Below, piece by piece: positions 12,418-25,000 of a DNA stretch of 64,000 nucleotides. The notes beneath the pieces are model-generated. The model searched no databases, had not been told where the DNA came from, and saw nothing but the letters and a program-made list of their open reading frames with translations. The stretch lies in assembly GCF_028641065.1 (NCBI RefSeq), contig NC_073404.1, positions 13,144,001-13,208,000 of the forward strand, given 5' to 3'. The position numbers were made by a program, and so were the translations under genes. Within the stretch, counting starts at the first letter, position 1. Every line of letters starts with the position of its first letter. Source of the stretch: Leucoraja erinacea (Eukaryota).

Positions 12418-14511
12418 GGCCTGAATCAGGAGATAAGACACAAAAAGCTGGAGTGACTCAGCGGGACAGACAGTCAGCATCTCTGGAGAGAAGCAACGGG
12501 TGGCGTTTCGGGTTCAGACTGGAATCGGGAGCATCTGCAAATCCCGCTTCTGAAGTAATTCAAATAACTACATTGAATAAAAATCGGGCACCTCGATTTC
12601 ACAATTTCCAAGGTCGCGGCTGTGGTCAAACCGCACGTCCGCACCTCTGCATCTGAGGCACCCACCCGCGGGGCCGGGGGGCGGGGGGGGGGGGGGAGGG
12701 GGAGGGGGTCCGGCAGGCGGGGGAGCCCAGGTTGCTGAAGATAGATAGACACAACATGCTGGAGTAATTCAGCGGGACAGGTTGTATCTGGAGAGAAGGA
12801 ATGGGCGACGCTTCCTTCTTCAGACCCCAGGTTGTTGTTTGTTTAACGTGGCCATTGTGATTTCAGTTGAATGCCGGAGGAATCTGCAGTAAAATGGAGG
12901 CTCAAGAGACGGCAGATGCTGGACTCTTCAGCAAAACGCAACGGGTCAGGCAGCATCTGTGGAGGGACGGGATCCTTTTCATTCCGATTGTAGACCGAGT
13001 CACAAGCCGACCCGAAACGTCCCTCCACAGACGCTGCCCGACCCGCTGAGTACCTATAACATTTTGAGGTGCAGTATTTGCAGAGTTGGGAACTGTTTGC
13101 AATGAGCTGACTTGTCCCTGAATGCCTGTTTCCTCTGCCAGTTTCTCATCCGTTCACGGGAGTGTGGTCGGTCCCGTTTGTGGTCGGGCTCTGAAGACAG
13201 GGTCTCGACCCGAAACGTCCAACCATTCCTTCTCTCCGGCATTTTGTGTCTATCTTCAATTTAAACCAGCATCTGCAGTTCATTCCGACACACTGCGCTT
13301 CAGTTGTTGGTCATTCCGTGGCCGTCTTGTTGGTGGTGGGCGGACAGTCGCCATGTTCCACGGTCCCTCTGGGCTGAGTGGACTCCCAGCGTCACCCTGC
13401 TTTTACCCCTCACCAGGGGCCAGTGCAGTCAGTGCGGCCAGTCCCTGCCTTGCAGTGCCCGCTACTGGAGCGGGCTGTGGGCAACGCCGTGGCCCCAGGT
13501 CGTGTGGTCCCGACCCACCACACACACAGACAAGAGCCGATACTACAACCCGACAACGCGGGGCCGTCCTGGGGAGCGCAGTAGTGTCACAAACACTGAT
13601 CTCACATGCGCTGTGAGCTGACGATGGAGACTGGGCAGGCAAGGGCGACATTCCATGGAGGTGGATACGATAACGAGGGGGAAAGAAACATTGGGCGAAT
13701 CAATGCACAGAATCTTTTTCCCCAGAGTGGGGGAATCAAGAACTGGTGGGCACCGGGTTAAAGTGAGAGTGGGAAGATGTAATAGGAACAGCTTTTTCAC
13801 AGAGGGTGGCGAGTATATGGAACGAGCGGCCAGAGGAAGTATTCGAGGCGGGTATTTAAACGGCAGGTGTACGGACAGGAGAGGTTGGAGGGATATGGGT
13901 TAAATGGGACCAGCTTTCGAGGGGACATTTTGGTCAGCATGGACGAGTTAGGCCGAATGGCCTGTTTCCCTGCCGATTGACTCTGACATAACATGTCTGC
14001 CCGACCTCCGGGGAGAAGATGGTGGTCAATGCGGAGAGAGGTGTTGATCCTTTATTAATGAGCGCCGTCAGTAGGGAGCGGGGGAAGGGCGCTCTGGCGC
14101 TTGCTTCACTCCGGGTCATGGCACCGGCCACCGCATCAGTATTCAAGCGGCCAGTTAGTAAATAAATCACAACTTGTGCTGACGGCAGCAGCTCCCAGAG
14201 CCAGACTCCATCTTCATTTAGAGCACAGACTCCTTTATCTCTGTAGAATTCTGCAGCTGAGAATAGAAGCTTTAAAAAAATCCATGAACACTTTATTATT
14301 CATTAAGTTGGAAAAACCGCAGAGAAGATTTACGAGGACCGCGGGGAGATTGGGCAGACTTGGACTTTATTCATAGAAACATAGAAACATAGAAAATAGG
14401 CACAGGAGTAGGCCATTCGACCCATCGAGCCTGCACCGCCATTCAATATGATTATGGCTGATCATCCAACTCAGTATCCTGCACCTGCCTTCTCCGCATA
14501 CCCCCTGATAG

Positions 14512-14990
14512 ACTCGGCTTGTACTCGCTAGAATTTAGAAGATTGAGGGGGGATCTTATAGAAACGTACACAATTCTTAAGGAGTTGGACAGGCTAGATG
14601 CAGGAAGATTATTCCCGATGTTTTAAGAAGGAACTGCAGATGCTGGAAAATCGAAGGTACACAAAAAAGCTGGAGAAACTCACAAGTTTCTCCAGATTAT
14701 TCCCGATGTTGGGGAAGTCAAGGGGTCACAGTTTAAGGGTAAGGGGGAAGTCTTTTAGGACCGAGATGAGAACATCATTTTTCACACAGAGAGTGGCGAA
14801 TCTCTGCCTCAGAAGGTAGTTGAGGCCAGTTCATTGGCTATATTTAAGAGGGAGTTAGATGTGGCCCTTGTGCTGCACCCGCTGAGTTTCTCCAGCATGT
14901 TTGTGTACCTGAGATTAAGAGGGATACGGGCCAAACGCGGGTAAATAGACGATTTGGGCCGAAGGGCCTGTATGACTCTATGACTCTAAC
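14512..14990 (+). mobile_element. CR1 (HER1-like) LINE 3' fragment interrupted by Penelope-associated inserts
   Basis: [17 protein letters not shown]-type coding, ttttcacacagagagtgg motif, gactctat tail; insert at 14623-14693 with target-site duplication. Confidence 0.8.
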
Positions 14991-15649
14991 TCTTTTAAAT
15001 GAATGAACACTGAGCCAACACAGTTTGTATTTAGCGCAGCGACGCTTTTGACTCTGCAGAAGAGCGTTGCAGTGGAGGAGGGTTTATTCATTCATTCTTT
15101 ACCCCCTTCCCCTGGGGGTGCAGGAACTCTGGGGGTTACCAGCCAGCGGGGCAGGCAACACCTGCGGAGGGAACATTGGTGGGTCGGGGTACCTTCTCCA
15201 GTGTGAGTTCCCGCAGCAGTTTATTTTGTCCTCTAGACAGGACGTCGAATGCGGCAATTTCAGACAGTCACGTTGGTCTGTCGCGTTCCATTTCACCTCC
15301 GTAATGGGTTTGTCTTGCGCATTTCATGTCTCTCCACCGCCACCTTGTCAGTCCGGCTCAAAGATCGAGCTCTGCTCTAAGATCTTTGGTCCTGCTCTTC
15401 ACATCTTTGTTTTCTCCCACTGCTCCGTGTCGCGTGCCCCTCCCCCACCCTCTTCCGCTCCCCTCCCCCCCCCCACCCCCCCCCCCCCCCCTCCACCGCT
15501 CCCTCAGTCCACGGAGGGACCAGTACTCCCTCCCATTTCACCAATGCGCCCATTTTTAACGCCGCCTTCGATTTCAGCTCTGAACTGGCCTCAGAGTAAA
15601 GCAAAACCATTCTCACCCCCCTCAGCAAATCCTCTGACTGCCATCGATG

Positions 15650-16150
15650 CAGACGCAAGAAACAGCAGATGCTGGTTTATAAAAACAGACACCATGCGCC
15701 GTAGTAACTCAGTGGGTCAGGCAGCATCTCTGGAGGACATGGATAGGTGACATTTCAGGTCGGGACCATTCTTCAGACTGCAGAGACGCTTGTCTATCTT
15801 ATCCTTGCCCGTTCCTATCTTTGAAACAACCACCACTCTCCATCTCTCTCGTTTCTGGTTTATATTGTTTCGCTGGATCTCCAGGTTGCTCACCATTTTC
15901 ATAATCCTTCCCATTCCTACACTATCCTTTTTCCCCCCTGAGCCTCCTCCATTGGGAGAATGGGGCCACACACAAACTAGAGGAACAGCATTGCATATTT
16001 CGCTTGGGTAGCTTACAACCCAGCGGTATGAAGATTGAGCTATTCAATTTAGGGTAACACCTCCCTACTCCCTCTCTATTTCTGTGCCCACCCCAACCAT
16101 TTCATCCACAACCCCCACCCTTTCCCCTTCCCCTTCTGCCCCCTTCCACC
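15650..16150 (+). mobile_element. Penelope-like retroelement remnant (GIY-YIG endonuclease C-terminus preceded by an inverted terminal repeat)
   Basis: 15944-16057 translates to LLHWENGATHKLEEQHCIFRLGSLQPSGMKIELFNLG*, resembling the end of the PLE endonuclease. An inverted terminal unit with a hammerhead-like core lies at about 15650-15778. Confidence 0.7.
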
Positions 16151-16779
16151 TATAGGGGGGCTGCACGTCAGGTAACCGGGTCAAAGGGCCTGGTGCACGG
16201 AGCAGCTCAATCCATATGGAGGACATGGCAGCCTCGGCAAACACTGGTAACACAGCGCTGTAAATAATTGTGGGGATTGGGGTAACCGTGAGAGACATTT
16301 ATCTTACTTCAGAATTCCAAAAGTGAGGAGAAATGATGGTGGAGAGAAACGACGGCTGAAGGGACAACAACAGCTAAAGTGGTTGGCGAACCACTCGACT
16401 GCCGTGCAACCTCCCTTTATCCCTTCCTCTGGCTTCACATTTCACGCTTCTTCTTACTTGATACCCTTTTCCACCTCTAGGCTTTGTTCACCCATCTGCC
16501 AACCAAAAAAACCCAACAGCAGCTAAAAATGTCCAGGTTTGTAGGTGAACTGGCTTGGGTTTGTATACTTGGTATAAGTGTAAATTGTCCCAAGTGTGTG
16601 TAGGCTTGTGTTAATGAGCGTGGATCGCTGGTCGGTGCGGACTCATTGTGCTGAAGGGCCTGTTTCCGCGCTGTATCTCTAAACTAAACTAAACCCAAGC
16701 AAAGGCTTTTCACTGTACCTCGGCCCACACGACAATAATGAACCAATGCCATTGTTACTGAATGGCAGAATTGACAAAC

Positions 16780-17212
16780 GATACGATGTGATAGAACTTT
16801 ATTCATCCCAGGAGAGAAATTGATCTGCCAACAGTCATAAAACACAAAATACATGAAACATTAAATCAAAGTGATGTGGGGAAGGGATTGGGGATGTGCA
16901 AAGATTGGGGAGTGGAGTCAGTCTACCCCACGACAGAACGTGGAGTAATTGTACAGTTTGAAAGCCACTGGGAAGAAGGATCTCCTGTAACTTTCTGCGC
17001 TGCATCTTGGTGCAACCAGTCTGTTGCTGAAGGTGCTCCTCAGGTTGACCAGTGTGTCATGGAGGGGGTGAGCTGTATTGTCCAGGATGCTCCGCAGTTT
17101 GAGGAACATCCTCCCCTCCAAGACCACCTCCCATGAAGCCAGCCTTCCTGACGAGTTTGCTCATCCTGTTGGCTTCAGCGACCTTCGCCCTCCTGCCCCA
17201 GCATACAACAGT
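16780..17212 (-). mobile_element. Rex1/Babar-like LINE 3' fragment
   Basis: Minus-strand ORF KLRSILDNTAHPLHDTL...RLVAPRC..ESYRRSFFPVAFKLYN and a short-repeat tail. Confidence 0.65.
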
Positions 17213-18214
17213 GGGGCAGGATGATCATGAGGGGCAGAATGGCCTGATCCTGCCGTAGGATTATTTTGTTCTCCCTCTCATTCTAAACGTCCTACACCAG
17301 AGGAAATTGTTTCTCTGTTACGAAATCCTTGATTGGATCTCAACCCTCCAACCTCCATAAAACTACCAACCCATTTATCCAGGTAACATCCAGCAAGTGC
17401 TGGAAAAGCGAATGAAGAACGGCAAGTGTTGGAATAGCTCAACAGCTGAGGCTGTATCTGCCTGTTCCTCAGCTAATGACTTTCCATCGAGCTCAGGAAA
17501 ACCATTCTATCACTTTTTTTCCTTAACAAGGAGATTTTATTCCATGGTCACCATTAACATCGTATAACGATAATCAAAACGGATACTCTTGCAGTTTGCA
17601 AACAACAGCTATCAGTCAGCCATATCCAGGATGCACTCAAGTCCATGAGGTGCCCACTGTTCTCCAACGTTGGACAACTTCTGTTCCCTTTCCAGGGACA
17701 CACGGGCACGGATGAGAACACAGAGAGGGGCAGGCAGTCAGTTCGGGCAGAACCCTCGACTGCCCGCGTCCTGGACCCGTGAATGTCCATCTTGGCGCTG
17801 GAGCAAACTGCCAAGGAGACCCCCCCCCCAAACTAACCCCCTCCGTACTGGGTGACCAATTCGATAACTTCGAGATAGTGGAGTCAGGGGATATGGGGAG
17901 AAGGCAGGATCAGCCATGATCACATTGAATGGCGGTGCTGGCTCAAAGGCCTATTCCTGCACCTATCGTCTATCATCTTTGTCTCTCCTCACCTCTTGAG
18001 GTCAGGGCTCTTGGTTCAGTGACTTTTTGCTGTTTATACTGGTGCAAAAAGGGACTTGTCACCCGGAGAAACATACAGCTTGAGTTTGGGAAACTCCCAC
18101 TGAATGTAGTGGAAGATTCAAGGTAGCATTCCAAACCCCATTTCACCCACCCCTCAACTACAAGCCCCTTTCCAGCTGCTCCCTTTAGCTCCCAGCAGCT
18201 GTTGTGAAACAGAT

Positions 18215-18512
18215 TAGTTTAGTTCAGTTCAGTTTTGAGATAGTATGGAAATAGGCCCTTCAGCCCACTAAGCCCACATCGATGATGATCGCCCATACAC
18301 TAGGTCTATCCTACACACTGGGGACAGTTTGCAGAAAGCCAATGAACCTACAAACCTTAATGCCTTGGAATGTAGGAAGAAACCAGAGCCCCCGGAGAAA
18401 AGCCACGTGGTCACAGGGAGAACATACAAACACCGTACAGAGAGCACCCGTAGTCAGGATTGAACCCGGATCTCGGGCGCTGTAGGGCCCAAGTCTACGG
18501 CTACGCCACTGT
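18215..18512 (-). mobile_element. V-SINE (HE1-like)
   Basis: Reverse complement of the SINE head, V-domain and ttagt tail. Confidence 0.75.
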
Positions 18513-18917
18513 GCGGGGAATTAGTTTTATTTCCGTGCTTCTTGCAGTCATTGTTGAGCTGGCAGAGGGAGGGGACTGTTATTTTTGAATCACAGCTCCA
18601 GGGCAAGATGTGGAGAGGGACGACGGTTCGCTGGACGGCCACAATGGAGGAGGAGATGGCTGCAATGGCCTTCATGGCCAGCTGCAGCTGGGACTGTGGA
18701 ATGGCTCCTCTTGCATATGGACTCAGTGGGCTGCTCTGTGCACACTGCAGTAACTGGGCCAATGTGTTTATGTCTGGGGATAGTCTTGTGGATGTTCATG
18801 CCAACGTTGTATTCCACTGTACCTGGTACACGTGACAATGAAGAAACCATTGAGCAATGTTTACCTGCAAGTTTCCGCCTTTGTTGCAGCTTTGAGCACA
18901 GATCCCGTGGTTAGAAG

Positions 18918-19029
18918 ATGACGCACCAGGCTCCGGCACTGACTCCTGAGCAGAAGAAGGAGTTGAATGAAATCGCCCTGCAGATTATCTCGCCTGGAAA
19001 GGGCATCCTGGCCGCCGATGAGTCTGTGG
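18918..19029 (+). CDS. ALDOC: ALDOC coding exon 1
   Basis: ATG at 18918; [38 protein letters not shown]; G|gtgagt. Confidence 0.95.
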
Positions 19030-22000
19030 GTGAGTGCGTCAGCGCCTGGTTTCCAGCGCGTGTTGTATCTGAAGGTGGGAGAGGTACAGTGCGTTGGGGT
19101 GCGCGGTGAGATCCCAGGCTCTTCCACACAGCCGATGTGCTCCTATACGTTTATGCCTGTCTCCTCTCCAGGCCAGGCACCCTGGGCCGTGATATGGACT
19201 CGAGGTTTTACCCTCTCCCTTTACACCTTGGTACTGGACCAATTTGTTTAGCCAATAATGTAGATGATTCTTGATTAGTACAGGTGTCAGAAGTTATGGG
19301 GAGATGGCAGGAGAATGGGGCTGGGAGGGAGAGCTAGATCAGCCATGATTGAATGGCGGAGTAGACTTGATGGGCCGAATGGCCCAAATCTACTACTATC
19401 CCGTATATGACCTTATGAGGACAACAAATAGTGTTTAGACTGGGGCAATGGGCCTGGCTGCTGCTATTCCCACACACTGCAGGGTGTGCAAGCTTTAGTT
19501 CTGACCCAGGCTCTCTCTCTCTCGCCTTCCTCCCAGGGAGCATGGCCAAGCGCCTGACCCAGATCGGCGTGGAGAATACCGAGGAGAACCGCCGCTTCTA
19601 CCGGCAGATCCTGATAACAGCCGACGACCGGGTCAAAACCTTCATCGGGGGAGTCATCTTCTTCCACGAGACCCTGTACCAGACCACTGATGACGGGACC
19701 CCCTTTATAAACATTATCAAAGAGAGGAACATTGTGGCAGGGATCAAGGTAAGCGGCCAGTGGGGCTTCTGCTGGGTGACCCTGGGATATGGGGAGAGTG
19801 AATGGAGCCGGTGAAGGCAATGGAAGGTAATCAGGAAGCCTATATTTCCCCGAAAGTCAGGATTCAGGGTACTGGGTATTGAGGACTTCCAGGGCCACTG
19901 GTTTTAACAGAGAAACATAGGAAATAGGACCCTCGACACACACACACCTCTCCACTGCAACACGGTGGTGACCCTCGGAGAAGTGTGTACAATATTTATT
20001 GCTTGGAACTCTCTCATCTCAAAGTTGGACTCATTTAGGGACTCAAATAGAGAGAGTACAGAGGAGATTTACTAGAATATTGTCTGGGTTTCAGCACCTA
20101 AGTTACAGAGAAAGGTTGAACAAGTTAGGTCTTTATTCTTTGGAGCGCAGAAGGTTAAGGGGGGACTTGATAGAGGTCTTTAAAATGATGAGAGGGATAG
20201 ACAGAGTTGACGTGGATAAGCTTTTCCCATTGAGAGTAGGGAGGGAAGATTCAAACATGATTTGAGAATGAAGGGACAGATGTTTAGAGGACATGATTTG
20301 AGAATGAAGGGACAGATGTTTAGGGGTAACATGAGGGGGAAGTTCTTTACTCAGAGAGTGGTAGCTGTGTGGAATGAGCTTCGAGTGGAAGTGGTGTAAA
20401 TACAGTACTCAATAGATAATATAACAAACAAACAACAAAAAAATAAGTTCAATCAATAAAAAAATATATTGCAGAAACAACAAAGCCCAAAGTCTCTAGT
20501 GCAACCCAGGCAGTTTTGTATTCAAGAAGAAACTGCAGATGCTGGAAAATCGAAGGTACACAAAAATGCTGGAGAAACTCAGCGGGTGCAGCAGCATCTA
20601 TGGAGCGAAGGAAATAGGCAACGTTTCGGAACGAAACGTCGCCTATTTCCTTCGCTCCATAGATGCTGCTGCACCCGCTGAGTTTCTCCAGCATTTTTGT
20701 GTACCCAGGCAGTTTGTAGTTTAGTTGGAGTTCGTAGTGTTCAATAGCACGGGTGATCTGTGCCATTAAATTCTTGTCTCTCTCCTTATCCCTTGATGCC
20801 AGTGCCCAACAACATTCTTTCTCTTGACCAAGCGTTGGGGTGAGGATGTCCTTCGCTGTTGCACATACACAGCGAGATCCCAGACTTTCACCAGGGCCCG
20901 GAGCCATTCGTGGGTCACTGCAAGGGAAAGCTTTCCATTCACTAGAATTGAATCAGTCCCATCAGAATGTTGCTTGATGCTTGTGACCAAGGGCAGGTTC
21001 TATTGTAATGACAGGGACTGGTTCTTTAAGAGTGTTGTGGATGAATGATGAATGTTAATGTTGCATGTGAACACTGGGGGGTTGAGTCGGACTAAGCTGT
21101 CGTGTATTTCCAGGTCGATAAAGGAGTTGTTCCCTTGGCTGGAACCAATGGAGAGTCCACCACTCAAGGTAAAGGATCTGTGCAATCTGAACGGGAGCCT
21201 TGACGCTGCTCCAAGCAGGCAGGCAGAGTACAGTGACGGAGGGCTGCTAGGGCAGCAGCGTCACAGCACCAGAGACCCGGGGTGCAATCCTGACCTCGGG
21301 TGCTGTCTGCGTGATGTTTGTACATTCTCCCTGCGACTGTGTGGGTTTCCTCCGGGCGCCCCTATTTCTTCCTGCAGACCAAAGAGAATATGTGTGGGTT
21401 TGTAGGTTAATTGGTCTCTGTAAATTGTCACGGTGCGGAAAGGGAGTGGATGTGGAAGTGGGATGCCATGGAACTAGTGTGAACAGGTGATGGAGGGTTG
21501 GCATGGACTTGGTGGGCTCAAGGGCCTGTTTCCATGTGGCATCCCTCAACTAAAACTAAAGACATATGGTGCCCAGAACTAGACTCCTTGACGTCCTTGG
21601 GCTTGGTGTCCTGATGCAGCCTCTCAACCCATAGCCTCGATCATCCCTCTGCCTCCACGGATGCTGATCTGTTGTGTTCCTCCAGGAGTTTACTTTTTGT
21701 TCCCCGCTCCTGTAATCTGTGCCCCTATTAATAATATCCGGGATCACAAATGATGTTTTAAACCACTTTCTCCTTGCCTGAGTTGTGCACTGTGTACCTA
21801 GACATCCCTGTTCTTTCATCCATTTTGGAGTTGTGGCCTAGTTAGAACACCAATTTCTCATCTTGACTCCAGAAACTGTGCTTGGGATTACATCCATTTG
21901 TTTACCACTTCCCTAAAACATTTCGGAAGCAATCCTCTACTCCCATAATCTTCAGACAGGCTGAAGAAGGGACGATAATGACTTGTTTTGTTCTTGATAG

Positions 22001-25000
22001 ATTAAGAACATGGAACTGTAGTGGACATGAACAGGCCTTTTGGCCTACAACGTCTGTGCCGAACATGCTGCCATGTTAAACTAATCTCCTTGTTGCCTGC
22101 ACATAATCCATATCCCTCTAGTCCCTGTATTGTGTAGTTCTCTCTCGCTATCCATTCCCCCCCACATTTGGACGCAGTAACTATGAGAACGGGCAGGGGT
22201 TCTGACACCTGAGTGTCTCCTATTCTGATCACAACACGTGGCTCTGTGCGAATTGTCAGCAGCTGGGAAAAGCTAGTTCTATTCTGATAACAAGAAACAC
22301 TGTGACTGTTCCACAGAGACGGGCTCCATTCCAGTTGGCTCAGGCTGCACCAGGATGTAGCTGGCTTTGACTCAGCATCAGCAGTCTGGTAAAGCAAAGC
22401 TCGTATGTTTACGAGCCAAGGGCATTTTTCAGAGATGCTCAAGGTGAAAAGTAATGAAACCAAACCTGTCCATAGAGGCAGGAGGATTGTGACGGGAGAG
22501 CAGAGGTTTAACATCTAGCTCACATGAACCAAGAAACACAATGAAGATTTCACAGCAGTTTAATGCCAGTCACACCTGTTTGATCCACGTTAAAATAGAA
22601 ACATACTCAATAACTATTCAAAAGCTCTTTGGGTAACGGATTCTAAAGATTCACAGCCTCCTGCATAACGACATTTCTCCTGGCCTTACGTGAAGGAGCT
22701 CATTCCTTCATCTCGAGACCCTTCCCCCAGTTCTTCACCCTCCTGCCAGAGAGAACAACCTCTGAGCAGGCAAAATGTGTTGGAAGGAACTGCTGATGCT
22801 GGTTTATGCTGAAGATAGACACAAAGTGCTGGAGTGACTCAGCGGGCCAGGCAGCATCTCTGGAGAAAAGGACTAGGTGATGTTTTGAGTCTGGACCCCT
22901 CCCCCCCTCTCAATCCCTCTCACTGAGAAGACCTTTCAACCGTAACTCCAAGTACCATTGACCAAGCCCACTATATGATCTCCACTGGATATCTTCCTTA
23001 CATTTTGAAATTAACCCAGTGAAACCAGACTGCACTACCCAGAGAGAGAACACACCACTCCTTCCTTGATCAAACAGCAAGGGCGGTCACAGTGGTGGTG
23101 CGGTAGAGTTGCTGCCTCACAGTGAATGCAGCGCCGGAGACCACGTTCGATCCCGACTACGGGCGCTCTCTGTACGGAGTTTGCACGTCCTCCCCGTGAC
23201 CTGTGTGGGTTATCTCCGAGATCTTCTGCTTCCTCCCACACTCCAAAGACGTACAGGTTTGTAGGTTAATTGGCTTGGTAAATGTAAAAATTGTCCCTAG
23301 TGGGTGTAGGACAGTTTTAAAGTGCGATGATCACTGGTCGGCGGGGACCCGATGGGCCGAAGGGCCTGTTTCCGCGCTGTATCTCTAAACTACACTAAAC
23401 ACCGGCACTGGTTCCACGTAGCCCTGTATCATTTATACAACATGGAATACCCTTTGCCAAAGTGACATTTGGTAAATTTGGAAGGAAATGTGATTGAAAA
23501 CTATAGAGAGACATTGGCAGGACATTTGGGAGAGCATCTGTTTATCTCTGCAGCTTGATGGTTAACAGTGATGTGTTTTGATTTTGAAGGCTTGGATGGA
23601 TTAGCAGAGCGCTGTGCTCAGTACAAAAAGGATGGAGCAGACTTTGCAAAGTGGCGTTGTGTCCTGAAAATTAGTGCAACAACCCCGTCTGCACTTGCAA
23701 TCTTGGAGAACGCCAATGTCCTGGCCCGATACGCCAGCATCTGCCAGCAGGTACAGTGAAGGAAGTTCAAGGGAGTGTGTTATATAGATCAGTACAGCAC
23801 AAGAACAGACCCTTCGGCACACAATATCCGTGTGGACAACTCCTCTGCCTGCCTGTGATTCATATCTCTCCATTACCTACATAATCCACGTGCCTATCAA
23901 AAAACCTCTTAAATGCCACAAGCCTATCTGCCTCGACCATCAACCCTGGTAGTGCAGTCTGAAAAAAAAACTTACCCTGCACATCTCCTTTAAACTTTGA
24001 CCCTCCTACCTTAAAACTCTGCCCTCTAGCCTTTGACATTTCTATTCTAGTGAAAAGACTGTCTACCCGATCTATCCACCATTTTATAAACTAGTATTGG
24101 GTCTCGCCTCAACCTCCAAAGCTCCAAAGAAAACAATCCAAGTTTGTCCAACCTCTCCTTGTAGCTAATGTCTTACAATCCAGGTAGTACTCTGCCAAAC
24201 CTCTTTTGCACCCTTGAAAAAGTTACTTTTATAACAACTAAACAGGTTCGCTTCTTAATAAACAGACAACACACAAACTGTTTGGTAGACCAGTTCAAAA
24301 CTTTACTTATTATCGGCCGATGGAAGGGAGGGAGAACTCCAGTCAAGTGACCAATATAGACACTTCACTGTCCTCAGTCCACTTCTCTGAACAACAGAAT
24401 TACATCGTATTATATAGTGTTTTTTTGTCACCTTAGCACATTCCACAGACATTAGTCATGGTCAGAGGTACAGGAAAATGAAGGTTTCTACAGAATGCAT
24501 CACATCAAAGGCATTTTGTCACAATCCCTTAGATCAGTCTAGCTTATCCTCTCTCGTCACCTCCTCCCTCATAAACATCGGACATTTGGTGCCAGGCATT
24601 TTACTTCTCAAATACATCAAAGAGATCTAGCTACCTCTGCTTCCTCTCTCGTCACTTGGGAGACAAATGTTATAGTTTTATTATCTCAATACACCGCAAC
24701 CTGAGGCAGGCCTAGACTTGCCTTTCTGTATTAATCTTCTGGAGAAAAGCCTGATTTGAGACTAAATATAAGCTGTAAGCTGGCCCAGGAACCAATTTAA
24801 TATCTTCTTGTATTTTTAACTTAATTTGGCTTTATCACCCTCTCCAATGTTCCCACATCCTTCCCGTAATGGGGCAATGAGATCTGCGCACAATACTCCA
24901 AATGTGGGATAAAAAGTCCTATAAAGTTGAAAGTAACTTTGTGGTTCTTGCACTAGCTGGAGCTGGAGTTAATGTTTGCCCCATTGCCATGTATGTTCTC

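Noticed and set aside
15067-15750. 227-aa proline-rich ORF
   Set aside because: Driven by a poly-C run and ends in a repeat; no splice or homology support.
20255-20326. 36-bp direct repeat as a possible functional element
   Set aside because: A simple tandem duplication inside a decayed CR1 fragment.
23080-23160. tRNA-like sequence with A and B boxes
   Set aside because: It is the head of a V-SINE that continues into the V-domain and LINE tail; no complete cloverleaf.
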